NCBI GenBank assembly: GCA_015075075.1 | Contig: JABTVA010000001.1 | Coordinates: 51,662 to 115,661, forward strand | DNA from: Deltaproteobacteria bacterium | Lineage (GTDB): Bacteria > Desulfobacterota > GWC2-55-46 | Direction of reading: 5' to 3' | DNA length: 64,000 nt | Shown here: piece after piece, positions 9,647 through 19,422 of the stretch | Numbering within the stretch: position 1 is the first letter of the stretch | Layout of the letters: the number at the start of each line of letters is the position of its first letter | Made by a program: the position numbers and the translations under genes | The notes under the pieces: generated by a model | Told to the model about the DNA's origin: nothing | Seen by the model: the letters and a program-made list of their open reading frames with translations, nothing else | Database searches by the model: none

Positions 9647-10411
9647 CTAATCTATCTTCCCTCCGTGGATTATCCTTAAGCCCTTGAGGGTCAGGAATTC
9701 GTCTATCTCGGTTATGCGCCTCGACCTGCCCTTAAGGAGGCCCGCGTACCCGCCGGTCGCGACTACTATGGGGTTTGTCCCGGCTTCTTCGGCCATCCTC
9801 TCCAGTATGCCGTCCACAAGCCCCAGAAAGCCGTAGAATATCCCGGAGCGCATGGCCTCGACCGTGTTCCTGCCGATAACCCTCTCCGGCTTATCGGGCT
9901 CGACCCTGGGTAGCGCCGCGGTCTTCACATGGAGCGCCTCTGCCGATAAGCCTATGCCAGGGGCGATGGCCCCGCCGGCAAACTCGCCCTTCCCAGTAAC
10001 GTAATCGAACGTCGCCGCGGTCCCGAAGTCGGCCACTATGAGCGGCCTCTTATGCATGCTGAAAGCCGCGACCGCGTTTACGAGCCTGTCAGGGCCTACC
10101 TCCGAGGGTCTTTCGGTTAGGATATTAATCCCGCAGTTCTCGTGCGTGACGAACGTCGCGCTGAGATTCAGGTATCTCGCGAGCGCGTCCTTCATGGCCT
10201 CATTCAGCTGAGGCACGACCGAAGAGACTATGGCCGCCTTGAGGTCCCGGGCCTTTATGCCCGGGGATGAAAAGAGCGCAAGGAGCGCGGCCCCGTACTC
10301 GTCCGCCGTCCTCCGGGCGTCCGTCGAGAGACGCCGGCTCTCTTTAAGCTCTTCGCCCCTGAAAACACCCAGTGTTATGGAGGTGTTGCCTATGTCTACG
10401 GTCAGGAGCAC
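9647..10411 (-). CDS. coaX: Type III pantothenate kinase
   Basis: MLLTVDIGNT N-terminus, ASKHA fold, GGxA motifs. Confidence 0.85.
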   Translation of the reverse strand: MLLTVDIGNTSITLGVFRGEELKESRRLSTDARRTADEYGAALLALFSSPGIKARDLKAAIVSSVVPQLNEAMKDALARYLNLSATFVTHENCGINILTERPSEVGPDRLVNAVAAFSMHKRPLIVADFGTAATFDYVTGKGEFAGGAIAPGIGLSAEALHVKTAALPRVEPDKPERVIGRNTVEAMRSGIFYGFLGLVDGILERMAEEAGTNPIVVATGGYAGLLKGRSRRITEIDEFLTLKGLRIIHGGKID

Positions 10412-11395
10412 CTATTTGGACGCCGCCTCCATGTCGCCGGCCACTATCTTCTTTACGGCGCCGCCCGGTTCCCTTATAAGGAGCGCCCCGGTATCGTCAA
10501 CCCCCAGGCAGACGCCTTTTACGGTATTGCCGAACGAGACGACCCGTATCTCCTTGCCCTCAAAGCCGAAATACCTCTTCCATTCCGAAAGTATAGGCAC
10601 GGAACCCTCGGCTAAGTATACCTTATACCACAGCTCGACGCTCGATAAAAGACGGCCCGCGAGGGTTCTTCTGTCGACCTCGGCCCCCTTGGTCTCGCGG
10701 ACGGAAGTGGCCGTATTCCTTATGTATTCCGGGAACATGGGCCTGGTCATATTGACGTTAACGCCGATGCCCATGACCACGAAATGCACCCTCTCGGGCT
10801 CGGAGCCCATCTCAAGGAGTATGCCTGCCGCCTTCCTCCCGTTGATGAGTATGTCGTTCGGCCATTTCAAAACCGGCCTTGCCGGGCAAAATTCCGATAT
10901 CGCCTCTGCCGCTGCTACGGCCGCCACGAACGTGAGCCAGTGCGCCTCTTCCGGCGGTATGGGCGGCCTTAGGATTATCGAGAGATAGATATTGTGCCCT
11001 GCAGGAGACTCCCATCTTCTCCCGAGACGTCCCTTTCCATTGGTCTGGCCCTCGGCCATTATGACCGTGCCTTCTACCGCCCCGTTCCGGGCAAGCTCAA
11101 AGGCCTCGGCATTGGTGGAGCCGACTTCATTGTGGAAGCGAAGCTCCCTCCCGACAAAGCCTGTCTCAAGAAGGGACGAGACCTCAATGCCGTTAAACGG
11201 GAGTGGGCCCTTTAGCCTGTAGCCCTTTGAAGGGCTTGCCTCTATCGTGTACCCGGATTTCCTGAGGGCCTCGATGTGCTTCCAGACCGCGGTCCTGGTC
11301 ACCCCCAGCGCCCTGCTCAGCTTCTGCCCCGAGACATGGCCGGCCCCTGCCTTGAGGAGCCTTATTATCTCGGCTTCCTGCCCTTTGTCCCGCAT
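10412..11395 (-). CDS. birA: Bifunctional biotin-[acetyl-CoA-carboxylase] ligase / BirA repressor
   Basis: N-terminal HTH, GRGRxGRxW biotin-binding loop, C-terminal SH3-like domain. Confidence 0.9.
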   Translation of the reverse strand: MRDKGQEAEIIRLLKAGAGHVSGQKLSRALGVTRTAVWKHIEALRKSGYTIEASPSKGYRLKGPLPFNGIEVSSLLETGFVGRELRFHNEVGSTNAEAFELARNGAVEGTVIMAEGQTNGKGRLGRRWESPAGHNIYLSIILRPPIPPEEAHWLTFVAAVAAAEAISEFCPARPVLKWPNDILINGRKAAGILLEMGSEPERVHFVVMGIGVNVNMTRPMFPEYIRNTATSVRETKGAEVDRRTLAGRLLSSVELWYKVYLAEGSVPILSEWKRYFGFEGKEIRVVSFGNTVKGVCLGVDDTGALLIREPGGAVKKIVAGDMEAASK

Positions 11396-12357
11396 AGGGA
11401 TACCACTTCCATGCTGATGTCCACGGCCCGCGCCGAATGTGTAATGCTCCCGGCGGATATGAAATCCACTCCGGTTTTCGAGATGGGGCCTATGGTTTCA
11501 AGGCTCACGTTCCCCGATGCCTCCACGAGCGCCCTTTTCCCGATAATCTTCACGGCCTTCTTCATCTCGGCAATGGCCATGTTGTCGAGCATTATGATAT
11601 CCGCCCCCCGGGTTTCAAGCGCTTCCCTGGTCTCGCGGAGGTCCGTGACCTCCACTTCCACCCTTACCCTGCCCCTCTTCTTTTTACTTACGGCTTCGAT
11701 TGCCGAGGCGACCGAGCCCGCGGCCTTTATGTGGTTGTCCTTTATCAAGACCGCGTCGAAGAGGCCGAACCTGTGGTTCTCCCCGCCCCCGGCCTTTACG
11801 GCATACCTCTCAAGGGGCCTCATGCAAGGGGTCGTCTTCCGGGTGTCCAGGAGTTTTACGCCCGGGGACTTTATCCTCCGCGCGAACTCATTGGTCCTCG
11901 TAGCTATGCCCTAGAGGCGCTGGAGGAAGTTGAGGGCGACCCTTTCGCCCGTAAGTAGCGCGGAGAGCTTGCCCGAGACTGTAGCGATGGCCTGCCCTTT
12001 CCTCACCCGCTCGCCGTCCTTGAAGCTGGCCCTGAATACTGCCTTTTTGTCGAGCTTTTTAAAGACCATCTCCGGGATGAAGAGCCCGGCTATTACCATC
12101 TCTTCCTTTGCAATGAACTCCGCAGCCCCGGCCTGCCCTTTTTTGACTATCGCGTCGGTCGTAATGTCGCCAGGGCCCACGTCCTCCGCAAGGGCAGCGT
12201 CTATGAGAAGGGCCGCGTAGTGTTTGAGCGCCTTGTCTACACCAAGTCGGCCACGTTTTTTCCGGGCGATATTCTTTCTCAAGGCAACCTCTAAAAATTT
12301 GAGATTTTTCCCGCTTTTCCGGAAGGCCGGGAATAAAAAGCGGAGCATATATGACAA
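11365..12357 (-). pseudogene. nadC: Nicotinate-nucleotide pyrophosphorylase with an in-frame TAG at a conserved Ser codon (plus 11911-11913); 5' end fused into MITE B
   Basis: Two ORFs (11911..12357 and 11365..11823) are in the same frame. The read-through peptide ALNFLQRL*GIATRTNEFARRIKSPGVKLLDTRKTTP matches the NadC consensus (LQRLSGIAT). The N-terminal 40 codons are a translation of MITE B. Confidence 0.75.
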
Positions 12358-12423
12358 TATGTGAGCATTTTTATTAACGGCCTGACGCTGAGTCCGGGGA
12401 AAATATCAATTTTTAGCTTGCTG
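12283..12423 (+). mobile_element. Family B MITE copy, fused at its right end to family A copy A1
   Basis: GGCAACCTCTAAAAAT...core...TCAATTTTTAGCTTGCTGG. Overlaps the annotated nadC 5' end. Confidence 0.75.
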
Positions 12424-12578
12424 GAAAACTCCGTTTTTATTCAGGCTGCCTCAAAAGCTCCAGATGCGAGGCCCCCATTGGTATAAGGGAGCGAGGAATG
12501 AGGCGTACTTTTCGTGTACGCCGCAATGACGAGCGACGTAGCCTTCGACGCAGATGGACTTTTTCAGCAGCCTGTGTC
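12411..12578 (+). mobile_element. Family A MITE copy A1 (TIR CAGGCTGCTCAAAAAG.../...CTTTTTCAGCAGCCTG; internal hairpin GGCGTACTTTTCGTGTACGCC)
   Basis: One of 7 copies. 26-bp terminal inverted repeats. Confidence 0.8.
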
Positions 12579-12596
12579 AGAGGCTGCCTCAAGCCC

Positions 12597-15278
12597 TTAT
12601 GTTCTGATGCGCTCAAGCCCGGCCTTGAGCTTCCCTGTCTTTTCCTCCAGGACTTCGAGCCTGGCCCTGTCCTTTTCGACCACCTCTGGCGGGGCCTTTT
12701 TCGTGAACTCCTCGTTCCCGAGCATCTTCATAAGTCCCGAGGCTTCCCCCTCGGCCTTTGAAAGCTCTTTCGTAATCCTCTTCTCCTCGACCTCGAAATC
12801 GACGAGCCCGCCGAGCGGCACGAAGACCTCGGCCTTCTTCTGCCCTGCCCCGGCCACGGCTGATACGGAATCCCCGGGCCTCTCGCCTTTTTCGGCTATG
12901 ACGAGCCCCTTTACCCTCGCAAGGAGCTTGATGTACTCCGCCCCCTCCGAAAGCGTCTCTCTCAAGCCCGGGTCGTCGGCAAAGCAGAAGCAGTCGGCCA
13001 TTGCCGACGGCGGCACGTTCATGTCGGTCCGGATGTTCCTCACGGCCCTTATGACGTCCATCACGTCCTCCATGCGCGCGGCCTCGTCGGGAAATGCCCT
13101 GCCCTCTTTCGGGAAGTCACCTGCCATAAGGCTCCCGGCATGGCCCGGCAGCTTCTCTGCTATCTCCTCGGTTATGAAGGGCATGAAAGGGTGGAGTAGC
13201 TTCATGGTGTCCATCATGACCGTCGCGAGGGTAGACTGCGCATCGAGCTTCCTTTCCGCGCCGCTCTCGCCCCTCAGATCAAGCTTTACAAGCTCCACAT
13301 ACCAGTCGCATAGCTCGTGCCAGACGAACCTGTAAAGGACCCTTGCGGCCTCGTCGAACCTGTAGGTGTCGATGGCCTCGATCACCTCCCTTATGCAGGC
13401 GTTCCTCCGCTCCCATATCCATTTATCAGCCATGTTGAAGCGGGACTCGTCCACCCTGGCCCTGCCCGAAGCCATAGCCTCGAAGAACGTCTCGTCGAGG
13501 TTCATCAGAGTGAACCTTGCGACGTTCCAAATCTTATTGCAGAAGTTCCTGTATCCGGCTATGCGGTCCTCTGCGAGCTTTATGTCCCTGCCCTGCGCCG
13601 CGAGCACCGCGAGCGTGAACCTGAAGGCGTCGGTCCCGTACTGCTCCATCATCACAAGGGGGTCTATGACGTTCCCCTTGCTCTTGCTCATCTTCTGCCC
13701 CTTGGCGTCCCTTATGAGGGCATGTATGTAGACCTCCCTGAAAGGCACGTCTTTCATGAATTTCAAGCCCATCATCGCCATCCTGGCGACCCAGAAAAAG
13801 ATGATGTCGAAGCTCGTGGAAAGGACCGATGTGGGATAAAAGGCCTTCAAGTCCCCGGTCTTCTCCGGCCAGCCGAGCGTGGAGAACGGCCAGAGCGCCG
13901 ACGAGAACCAAGTATCCAGCACGTCCGGGTCCTGCTCGATATTTTTACAGCCGCAGCTTTCGCACTTGTCCGGGTCGATGGTCGAGACCGTGACACCGCC
14001 GCAGTCCCTGCAATGCCATGCGGGTATCCTGTGCCCCCACCATATCTGGCGGGAGATGCACCAGTCCCGGATGTTCCTCATCCAGTCGAAATACAGGTTC
14101 TCCCAGTTCTTCGGGACGAACTTTATCCGTCCGTCCTCCACGGCCTCGATGGCCGGGCCGGCCAACGGGGCGACCTTCACGAACCACTGCTTGGAGAGGG
14201 TGGGCTCGACTATGGTAGAGCACCTGTAGCAGCCGCCGAGCATGAGCTTGTGCTTCTCGGTCTTTTCAAGGAGGCCCTTTTCCTCGAGCCCGGATACGAC
14301 CTTTTTCCGGGCCTCATATCTATCCATGCCCTTGAAGGGGCCTGCGTTCTCGTTCATCCTGGCGCTCTCGTCCATCACCTTTATGGACTGTAGCTTGTGC
14401 CTTCTGCCGACCTCGAAGTCGTTAAAGTCGTGTGCGGGGGTGATCTTCACCGCGCCCGTGCCGAACTCTATGGAGACGGAATCGTCCCCTATTACTGGTA
14501 TCTCGCGCTCGACGAACGGCAGCCTGACCTTCTTCCCGATGAGGGCCTTGTACCTCCCGTCCTCGGGGTTTACGGCCACGGCAGTATCGCCGAGCATCGT
14601 CTCGGGCCTGGTGGTTGCGACCGTAAGGTATTCGATGCCGCCAGCAGGCTTGACGAGCGGGTAGCGCATGTACCAGAGGCTGCCTTCGGTCTCGTTGAAC
14701 TCGACCTCGAGGTCGGATAGGGCGGTGTGGCACCTGGGGCACCAGTTTATGATGTAGTCGCCCCGGTATATGAGCCCCTCTTTGTAGAGCGAAGTAAAGA
14801 CCTCGCGGACGGCCCTGGAGAGCCCCTCGTCCATCGTGAAACGGAGGCGCGTCCAGTCGCACGAGGCCCCGAGCCTCTTAAGCTGGTTTATTATCGTGCC
14901 GCCTGACTCGTTCTTCCATTTCCAGACCCGCTCTATGAAGGCTTCCCTTCCGACCTTGTGCCTGTCGAGGCCTTCGGCGGCGAGCTGCTTCTCCACCACG
15001 TTCTGTGTGGCTATGCCCGCGTGGTCTATGCCGGGAAGCCAGAGGACGTTAAAGCCCCTCATGCGCCGGGACCTGGCGAGTATGTCCTGAAGGGTGGAAT
15101 TGAGGGCGTGGCCGAGGTGCAGGGCGCCGGTGATGTTGGGCGGGGGTATGACCATCGAGAAAGACGGTTTTTCCGAGCGCTCCCCGGGGGTCGCGAGCTT
15201 CTCCTTTATCCAGTAATCCGCCCACCGGCCCTCGACAGAGCCGGGCTCGTAAGTCTTCTCAAGCGTCTTCTCGCTCAT
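12597..15278 (-). CDS. valS: Valine--tRNA ligase
   Basis: HLGH and KMSKS motifs, C-terminal coiled coil, 893 aa, intact. Confidence 0.95.
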   Translation of the reverse strand: MSEKTLEKTYEPGSVEGRWADYWIKEKLATPGERSEKPSFSMVIPPPNITGALHLGHALNSTLQDILARSRRMRGFNVLWLPGIDHAGIATQNVVEKQLAAEGLDRHKVGREAFIERVWKWKNESGGTIINQLKRLGASCDWTRLRFTMDEGLSRAVREVFTSLYKEGLIYRGDYIINWCPRCHTALSDLEVEFNETEGSLWYMRYPLVKPAGGIEYLTVATTRPETMLGDTAVAVNPEDGRYKALIGKKVRLPFVEREIPVIGDDSVSIEFGTGAVKITPAHDFNDFEVGRRHKLQSIKVMDESARMNENAGPFKGMDRYEARKKVVSGLEEKGLLEKTEKHKLMLGGCYRCSTIVEPTLSKQWFVKVAPLAGPAIEAVEDGRIKFVPKNWENLYFDWMRNIRDWCISRQIWWGHRIPAWHCRDCGGVTVSTIDPDKCESCGCKNIEQDPDVLDTWFSSALWPFSTLGWPEKTGDLKAFYPTSVLSTSFDIIFFWVARMAMMGLKFMKDVPFREVYIHALIRDAKGQKMSKSKGNVIDPLVMMEQYGTDAFRFTLAVLAAQGRDIKLAEDRIAGYRNFCNKIWNVARFTLMNLDETFFEAMASGRARVDESRFNMADKWIWERRNACIREVIEAIDTYRFDEAARVLYRFVWHELCDWYVELVKLDLRGESGAERKLDAQSTLATVMMDTMKLLHPFMPFITEEIAEKLPGHAGSLMAGDFPKEGRAFPDEAARMEDVMDVIRAVRNIRTDMNVPPSAMADCFCFADDPGLRETLSEGAEYIKLLARVKGLVIAEKGERPGDSVSAVAGAGQKKAEVFVPLGGLVDFEVEEKRITKELSKAEGEASGLMKMLGNEEFTKKAPPEVVEKDRARLEVLEEKTGKLKAGLERIRT

Positions 15279-15524
15279 CCGAACCTTCCTGATCTTTTTT
15301 ACGGGGAAAAAACCGCTGCGGGCGGAACGGCCGATGCAGGATACAAAACCGGCCCAGGCCGCAGGAAGTGGGAATAGCCCCTGTGCCCAAAGCCCCGGCT
15401 TGCAAGCCGTTTCAGTTCTCGGACCGCCAAACTGAAATTATAATTTGGAATGGTTGTAAAAAAAACAAAAAAATTCTCTGCCGCTCGGAAACGGCAGAGA
15501 ATTCGATAAAGGCCTCTTATTTAC

Positions 15525-17024
15525 TTACCTTGTCTTGAGGAACGCTTCCTTGACCTTTCTGATCTCCTCTTTTATGAGGCGCTCCGCAAGCTCGGGGACC
15601 ACCTCCCATGAGACGTGCTCCACGACCTGCTTGGCGGACCTGGAGACGACGGCTTCCACCTGCTCCTTCGGGACCGAGAGCCCCTGGAGGCGCTGAACGA
15701 GCTCTCCCCGTATCTTCTCCTCCATCCTTTCGGCTGCCCTTTCCGCGGCCTCGGCAACAAGGGAATCGAGGCGCGCAAGCTTCGAGGCGAGCTCATTTCT
15801 GAGCCTCTCCTCGACCCTCTCGGCTACCTTCTCGATGACCTCAGCCGCCTGGGCCTCGGCCTTCCCGAGCCTTTTCTCGAGGCTGGAGGCGATCCTCTCC
15901 TCTATCCCGGCCGTAGCGCGCTCGACCGCCGCCCGTATCTCGGCCTCCGAGACCTCTGCGGGGCGCGGCTGGGGTGCGCGGGCCGGCGGCTCCGGAACGG
16001 TCATTTCCGCTTTCCTTAAAGACGGCGCCTCCGGCCTGGACTCGATTATCTCTTCCGGTATCTCGAGGAGGTCGGGCTCGGCTATCTCGCCTTCCTCCTC
16101 AAAAATGTCTTCAACCCGGGATATCTCCTCTACCGGGGCGGTTTCCTCCCTGAAGGGCTGGAACGAGCCCGTATCTGGAAGCCCTTCCGCTTCCTCTTTC
16201 ATCGCGGGTCCGCTCCCGAACGGCTTGATTTCGGGCGCCCCGGCAGACCTGTTATCCGCGTTATAGAAGCTGTCGAAAGCGCCGAGGTCGAACGGCGGCT
16301 CGCCCTTCCTTTCCTCGCCGGAATCGAAGCCTTTAAGCTCGAACGGGGATTCGGGGGTCGTTTCCGGGCCCTTTACGGCAGTACCGGGGCCAGTCTTGAA
16401 CTCGTCTTCGTTTAAAACGAGGTCAGTGAAGTCATCCGCCTTCGGCTGCCCCTTCTCCTCCTCCTCGAAAAGCCCTCCGGAGGTAAGGAAATCAAGGTCC
16501 ACGCTGCCGCCAGTATCCTCGGCTTTTGTCTCGAACTCGTCCGGCGCGCTAAGGAACCCTCCGGCAGACCAGATATCCTCCGCCCCTTCGCCCTGGGCGG
16601 CGGATGCGCCGGGCTTCACAGGGGCCGTTGAGGCGGCCTGCCCCTGGCTCGACTCGGCGCTTGCAAGGAGGTCCTTTACCTTGTCCAGGAGGTCCTGGGA
16701 CTCGAAAGGCTTGACGATGCTGTCGTCCGCGCCTACCCTCATGGCCTCGTTCTTGTCGAGCGGCTCAAACGTGCCCGCAAGGAGAAGGACCGGCGTATTC
16801 CTAAGCTCCGGGTCGGACTTTACAGCGGCCGCAAGCTCATAACCCGACTTCCCGGGCATGGCTATATCGGCTATGATGAGGTCCGGCTTCGCCTCCCTGG
16901 CTTTCCTAAAGGCCGTATCCCCGTCACCCGCTATGATAAGCTCATAGTCTTCAGAGGCGAAAGTAATGGATATGACCTTCTGGATCGTAATGGAATCGTC
17001 TGCCAGAAGTATCTTCCTTGCCAT
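15525..17024 (-). CDS. Response regulator: canonical REC + long acidic low-complexity linker + C-terminal coiled-coil domain
   Basis: ADDSxxI, DLIIADIAMP and KPF motifs, then about 250 aa of E/D/P-rich linker. Confidence 0.7.
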   Translation of the reverse strand: MARKILLADDSITIQKVISITFASEDYELIIAGDGDTAFRKAREAKPDLIIADIAMPGKSGYELAAAVKSDPELRNTPVLLLAGTFEPLDKNEAMRVGADDSIVKPFESQDLLDKVKDLLASAESSQGQAASTAPVKPGASAAQGEGAEDIWSAGGFLSAPDEFETKAEDTGGSVDLDFLTSGGLFEEEEKGQPKADDFTDLVLNEDEFKTGPGTAVKGPETTPESPFELKGFDSGEERKGEPPFDLGAFDSFYNADNRSAGAPEIKPFGSGPAMKEEAEGLPDTGSFQPFREETAPVEEISRVEDIFEEEGEIAEPDLLEIPEEIIESRPEAPSLRKAEMTVPEPPARAPQPRPAEVSEAEIRAAVERATAGIEERIASSLEKRLGKAEAQAAEVIEKVAERVEERLRNELASKLARLDSLVAEAAERAAERMEEKIRGELVQRLQGLSVPKEQVEAVVSRSAKQVVEHVSWEVVPELAERLIKEEIRKVKEAFLKTR

Positions 17025-17325
17025 TATAAGGCCCCCTTTTTATTGACGTGTTCAACTGGAAACTTACCCCTTGCCAGCCGGAAAGTCAAGGTAAATTTGA
17101 CAGTTACGGCCCCGGGGCGCATCTTCTCGATACCGCCCTGAAAGCGCAAGTACCCGTCCGCTATTCTTCGGCAGTTCCGGTTGAAATATTAAGTGTTTTG
17201 TAAAGGGCCGGTCAGTCGGATAGCCCGCATTGCGCCTGGAACCCATCCGGGGAACGCCGGCGGGAAAGGGATGGATGGCGCCCCCCGGAGGACGGGGGGC
17301 GGCAGGCAGTCGCTCAAGCTGGGTG

Positions 17326-18618
17326 CTATGCTTCTCTGGTGTAGGCTGGAGTGGCTTTACGGAGGGGGTGCACTATGCGGAGCCTGTTGTGAACGGCCCT
17401 TTCCGGGCCGGTCTCTTCATCTTCATCCCGGTCTTTTGCCTTGAAGCCTGATACGAGGCTTTTGAGCTCAGTAGCGAGGGCCGCAAGCTCGCCCGTGGCC
17501 CTCGCCACCTCGCCGGTGGCGGAAACGCTCTCCTTTGAGACCTCTGCTATCGATTCAACGCTCCTTGCGATCTCGTCAGTCGTGGCGCTCTGCTCCTCGG
17601 CGGAGGTCGCTATCTGCGCTATCATGTCGGTCACGAGCTCGACCCCCGAGACGATGTCATTAAGCGCCTGGCCTGCCTCGTTGGCGAGCCTCACGCCGTT
17701 TTCGACCTTCAGGTTGCCTTCGTTCATGGCCGAAACAGCCTTGGAGGTCTCTTCCTGTATGGAAGTTATCATCCCCCCGATCTCCCTGGTCGCCCTGGTC
17801 GTCCTTTCCGCAAGCTTCCTGACCTCGTCCGCGACGACCGCGAAACCGCGGCCCTGCTCGCCGGCCCTCGCGGCCTCTATGGCGGCGTTCAGCGCAAGGA
17901 GGTTCGTCTGGTCGGCTATGTCGTTTATGACGGAGACGATCGTCCCGATCTCCTCCGACCTGCTGCCGAGCTTCTGTATCGTGGAGGCCGAGACGGACGT
18001 TGCTTCGGCCACGTCCTGCATGGCGGAGATCGCCCCGCCCACCACCCGTCCGCCCCTTGAGGCGGTCTCGCTCGCCTTTTTCGCGTCTATCGAGGCCTGG
18101 TGGGAGTTCTTCGCGACCTCCAGCACCGTGGCGTTCATCTGGTCCATTGCCGTCGCAGCATAGGATGTCTGTCCGGACTGCCTCATCGCGCCCTCGGATA
18201 TGTGCGCCGAGGTGGCCGAGAGCTCTTCCGACGCCGAGGCAAGATGGGTCGAGGTCTCTTCTATTTTTTCTACAAGGCGCGATACCCTTTCTGCCATGCA
18301 GTTCACGCTCGCGCTCAATTCCGCGAACTCGTCCTTCATCTCGATACCAAGCACCCTTACCTTAACGTCCGACCTGCTCGATAAGTTCCCTGCCGAAAGC
18401 CCGTCTATGGCATTTTTGACGTCGAGTAGCGGTACGAGTATGTGCTTTCCGGCGATGAGCATGAAGACTGCCGTAAGCCCGCAAATCGCCGTCGATACGA
18501 GCGCGAACGCAACGATGCCTGTCGAAGCGCTTACCGCCCAGCAGACGAACAGCGCGAAAAAGGCGAGCGACATGCCGAAACCGCCCATCAAACGTATTTT
18601 AAACGACATCCAGTCCAT
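17326..18618 (-). CDS. Methyl-accepting chemotaxis protein (2 TM, no periplasmic domain, HAMP + MA domain)
   Basis: MA signalling hairpin ...LLALNAAIEAARAGEQGRGFAVVADEVRKLAE... Confidence 0.85.
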   Translation of the reverse strand: MDWMSFKIRLMGGFGMSLAFFALFVCWAVSASTGIVAFALVSTAICGLTAVFMLIAGKHILVPLLDVKNAIDGLSAGNLSSRSDVKVRVLGIEMKDEFAELSASVNCMAERVSRLVEKIEETSTHLASASEELSATSAHISEGAMRQSGQTSYAATAMDQMNATVLEVAKNSHQASIDAKKASETASRGGRVVGGAISAMQDVAEATSVSASTIQKLGSRSEEIGTIVSVINDIADQTNLLALNAAIEAARAGEQGRGFAVVADEVRKLAERTTRATREIGGMITSIQEETSKAVSAMNEGNLKVENGVRLANEAGQALNDIVSGVELVTDMIAQIATSAEEQSATTDEIARSVESIAEVSKESVSATGEVARATGELAALATELKSLVSGFKAKDRDEDEETGPERAVHNRLRIVHPLRKATPAYTREA

Positions 18619-19015
18619 CAGAACTCCTCGTCGACTCTGCGTTGAAAAGGGCCATTTTCACCATCTCAAGAAGCTGCTCCGAAGAGAACGGGGTCGCAAG
18701 CAGGCACGCGGCCCCGGCCTCCATCCATTCCATGCGCCTGTCCAGGTCGTCCCGCGACGCCAGTATCGCCAGTATCGGCGAGCGCCTTAGCACGGAAAGG
18801 CCGCTTATGCCCCTCAGCCATCCCGCTCCGGCCGGCCACGGGCCGCACCCGCATATGACGAGCTCGGGCGCGAACCCGGAACCTATCGCGCTCAAAGCCG
18901 AGCTTGCGCCGGACGCTTCCTTCACCTCGAAATCCTCAAGGGCCAGCGAGAAGCCGACCATGGTCCTCGTCATGCGGTCCTCGGAGACCACCAGTATCCT
19001 TGCGCGCCGTTTCAC
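18599..19015 (-). CDS. Degenerate single-domain receiver (pseudo-receiver; phospho-Asp replaced by Cys/Gly, Lys replaced by Thr)
   Basis: ILVVSED...ELVICGCG...AILAS...ATPF compared with the consensus DD...D...T...KPF. Overlaps the MCP 3' end by 20 nt. Confidence 0.55.
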   Translation of the reverse strand: MKRRARILVVSEDRMTRTMVGFSLALEDFEVKEASGASSALSAIGSGFAPELVICGCGPWPAGAGWLRGISGLSVLRRSPILAILASRDDLDRRMEWMEAGAACLLATPFSSEQLLEMVKMALFNAESTRSSDGLDVV

Positions 19016-19134
19016 CCTTTATTCCTTATCGGTTGGACGGGAGCGCTGATAATCGGGACTAAACCCTATTTTGAGGGATTTAAATCGATGATTCAGGACT
19101 AATGCGAAAGGTTGAGGCCTGACCGGCAAAAAGG

Positions 19135-19290
19135 TTTAGCAGGCTGCTCAAAAAGTCCATCTGCGTCGTTGTCTTCGTCGCTCGTCACTGCGGCGTACAC
19201 GAAAAGTACGCCTCATTCCTCGCTCCTCGACGCCTAGCATGGAGCCTTGAGCAGCCTGAATAAAAACGGAGTTTTTCGGCAAGCTGTTAG
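19135..19290 (-). mobile_element. Family A MITE copy A2 (reverse orientation)
   Basis: Reverse complement of the family A consensus. Confidence 0.8.
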
Positions 19291-19422
19291 GCCTCGATGA
19301 CAAAAGCCCTGCCTTGCCGTGTATCGCGCAAAACCCGAATGAGTTTTGCCGGGAATTTTCTTTTGAAACCGGGTATTTGGTTCGGGGAGGGTTGGTTCCT
19401 AAGGGCAGGGCTCATGGGCCCG

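Noticed and set aside
11911-11913. Genome-wide reassignment of TAG to a sense codon
   Set aside because: TAG terminates other well-defined genes in the window (e.g. the DUF2130 gene at 2688-2690). A local nonsense mutation, sequencing error or programmed readthrough is more parsimonious.
12498-12761. Small basic ORFs (MRRTFRVRR..RRRWTFSAAC) recurring at 12498, 42753 and 44030
   Set aside because: They are translations of the family A repeat itself. They are not conserved in length, and there is no RBS.
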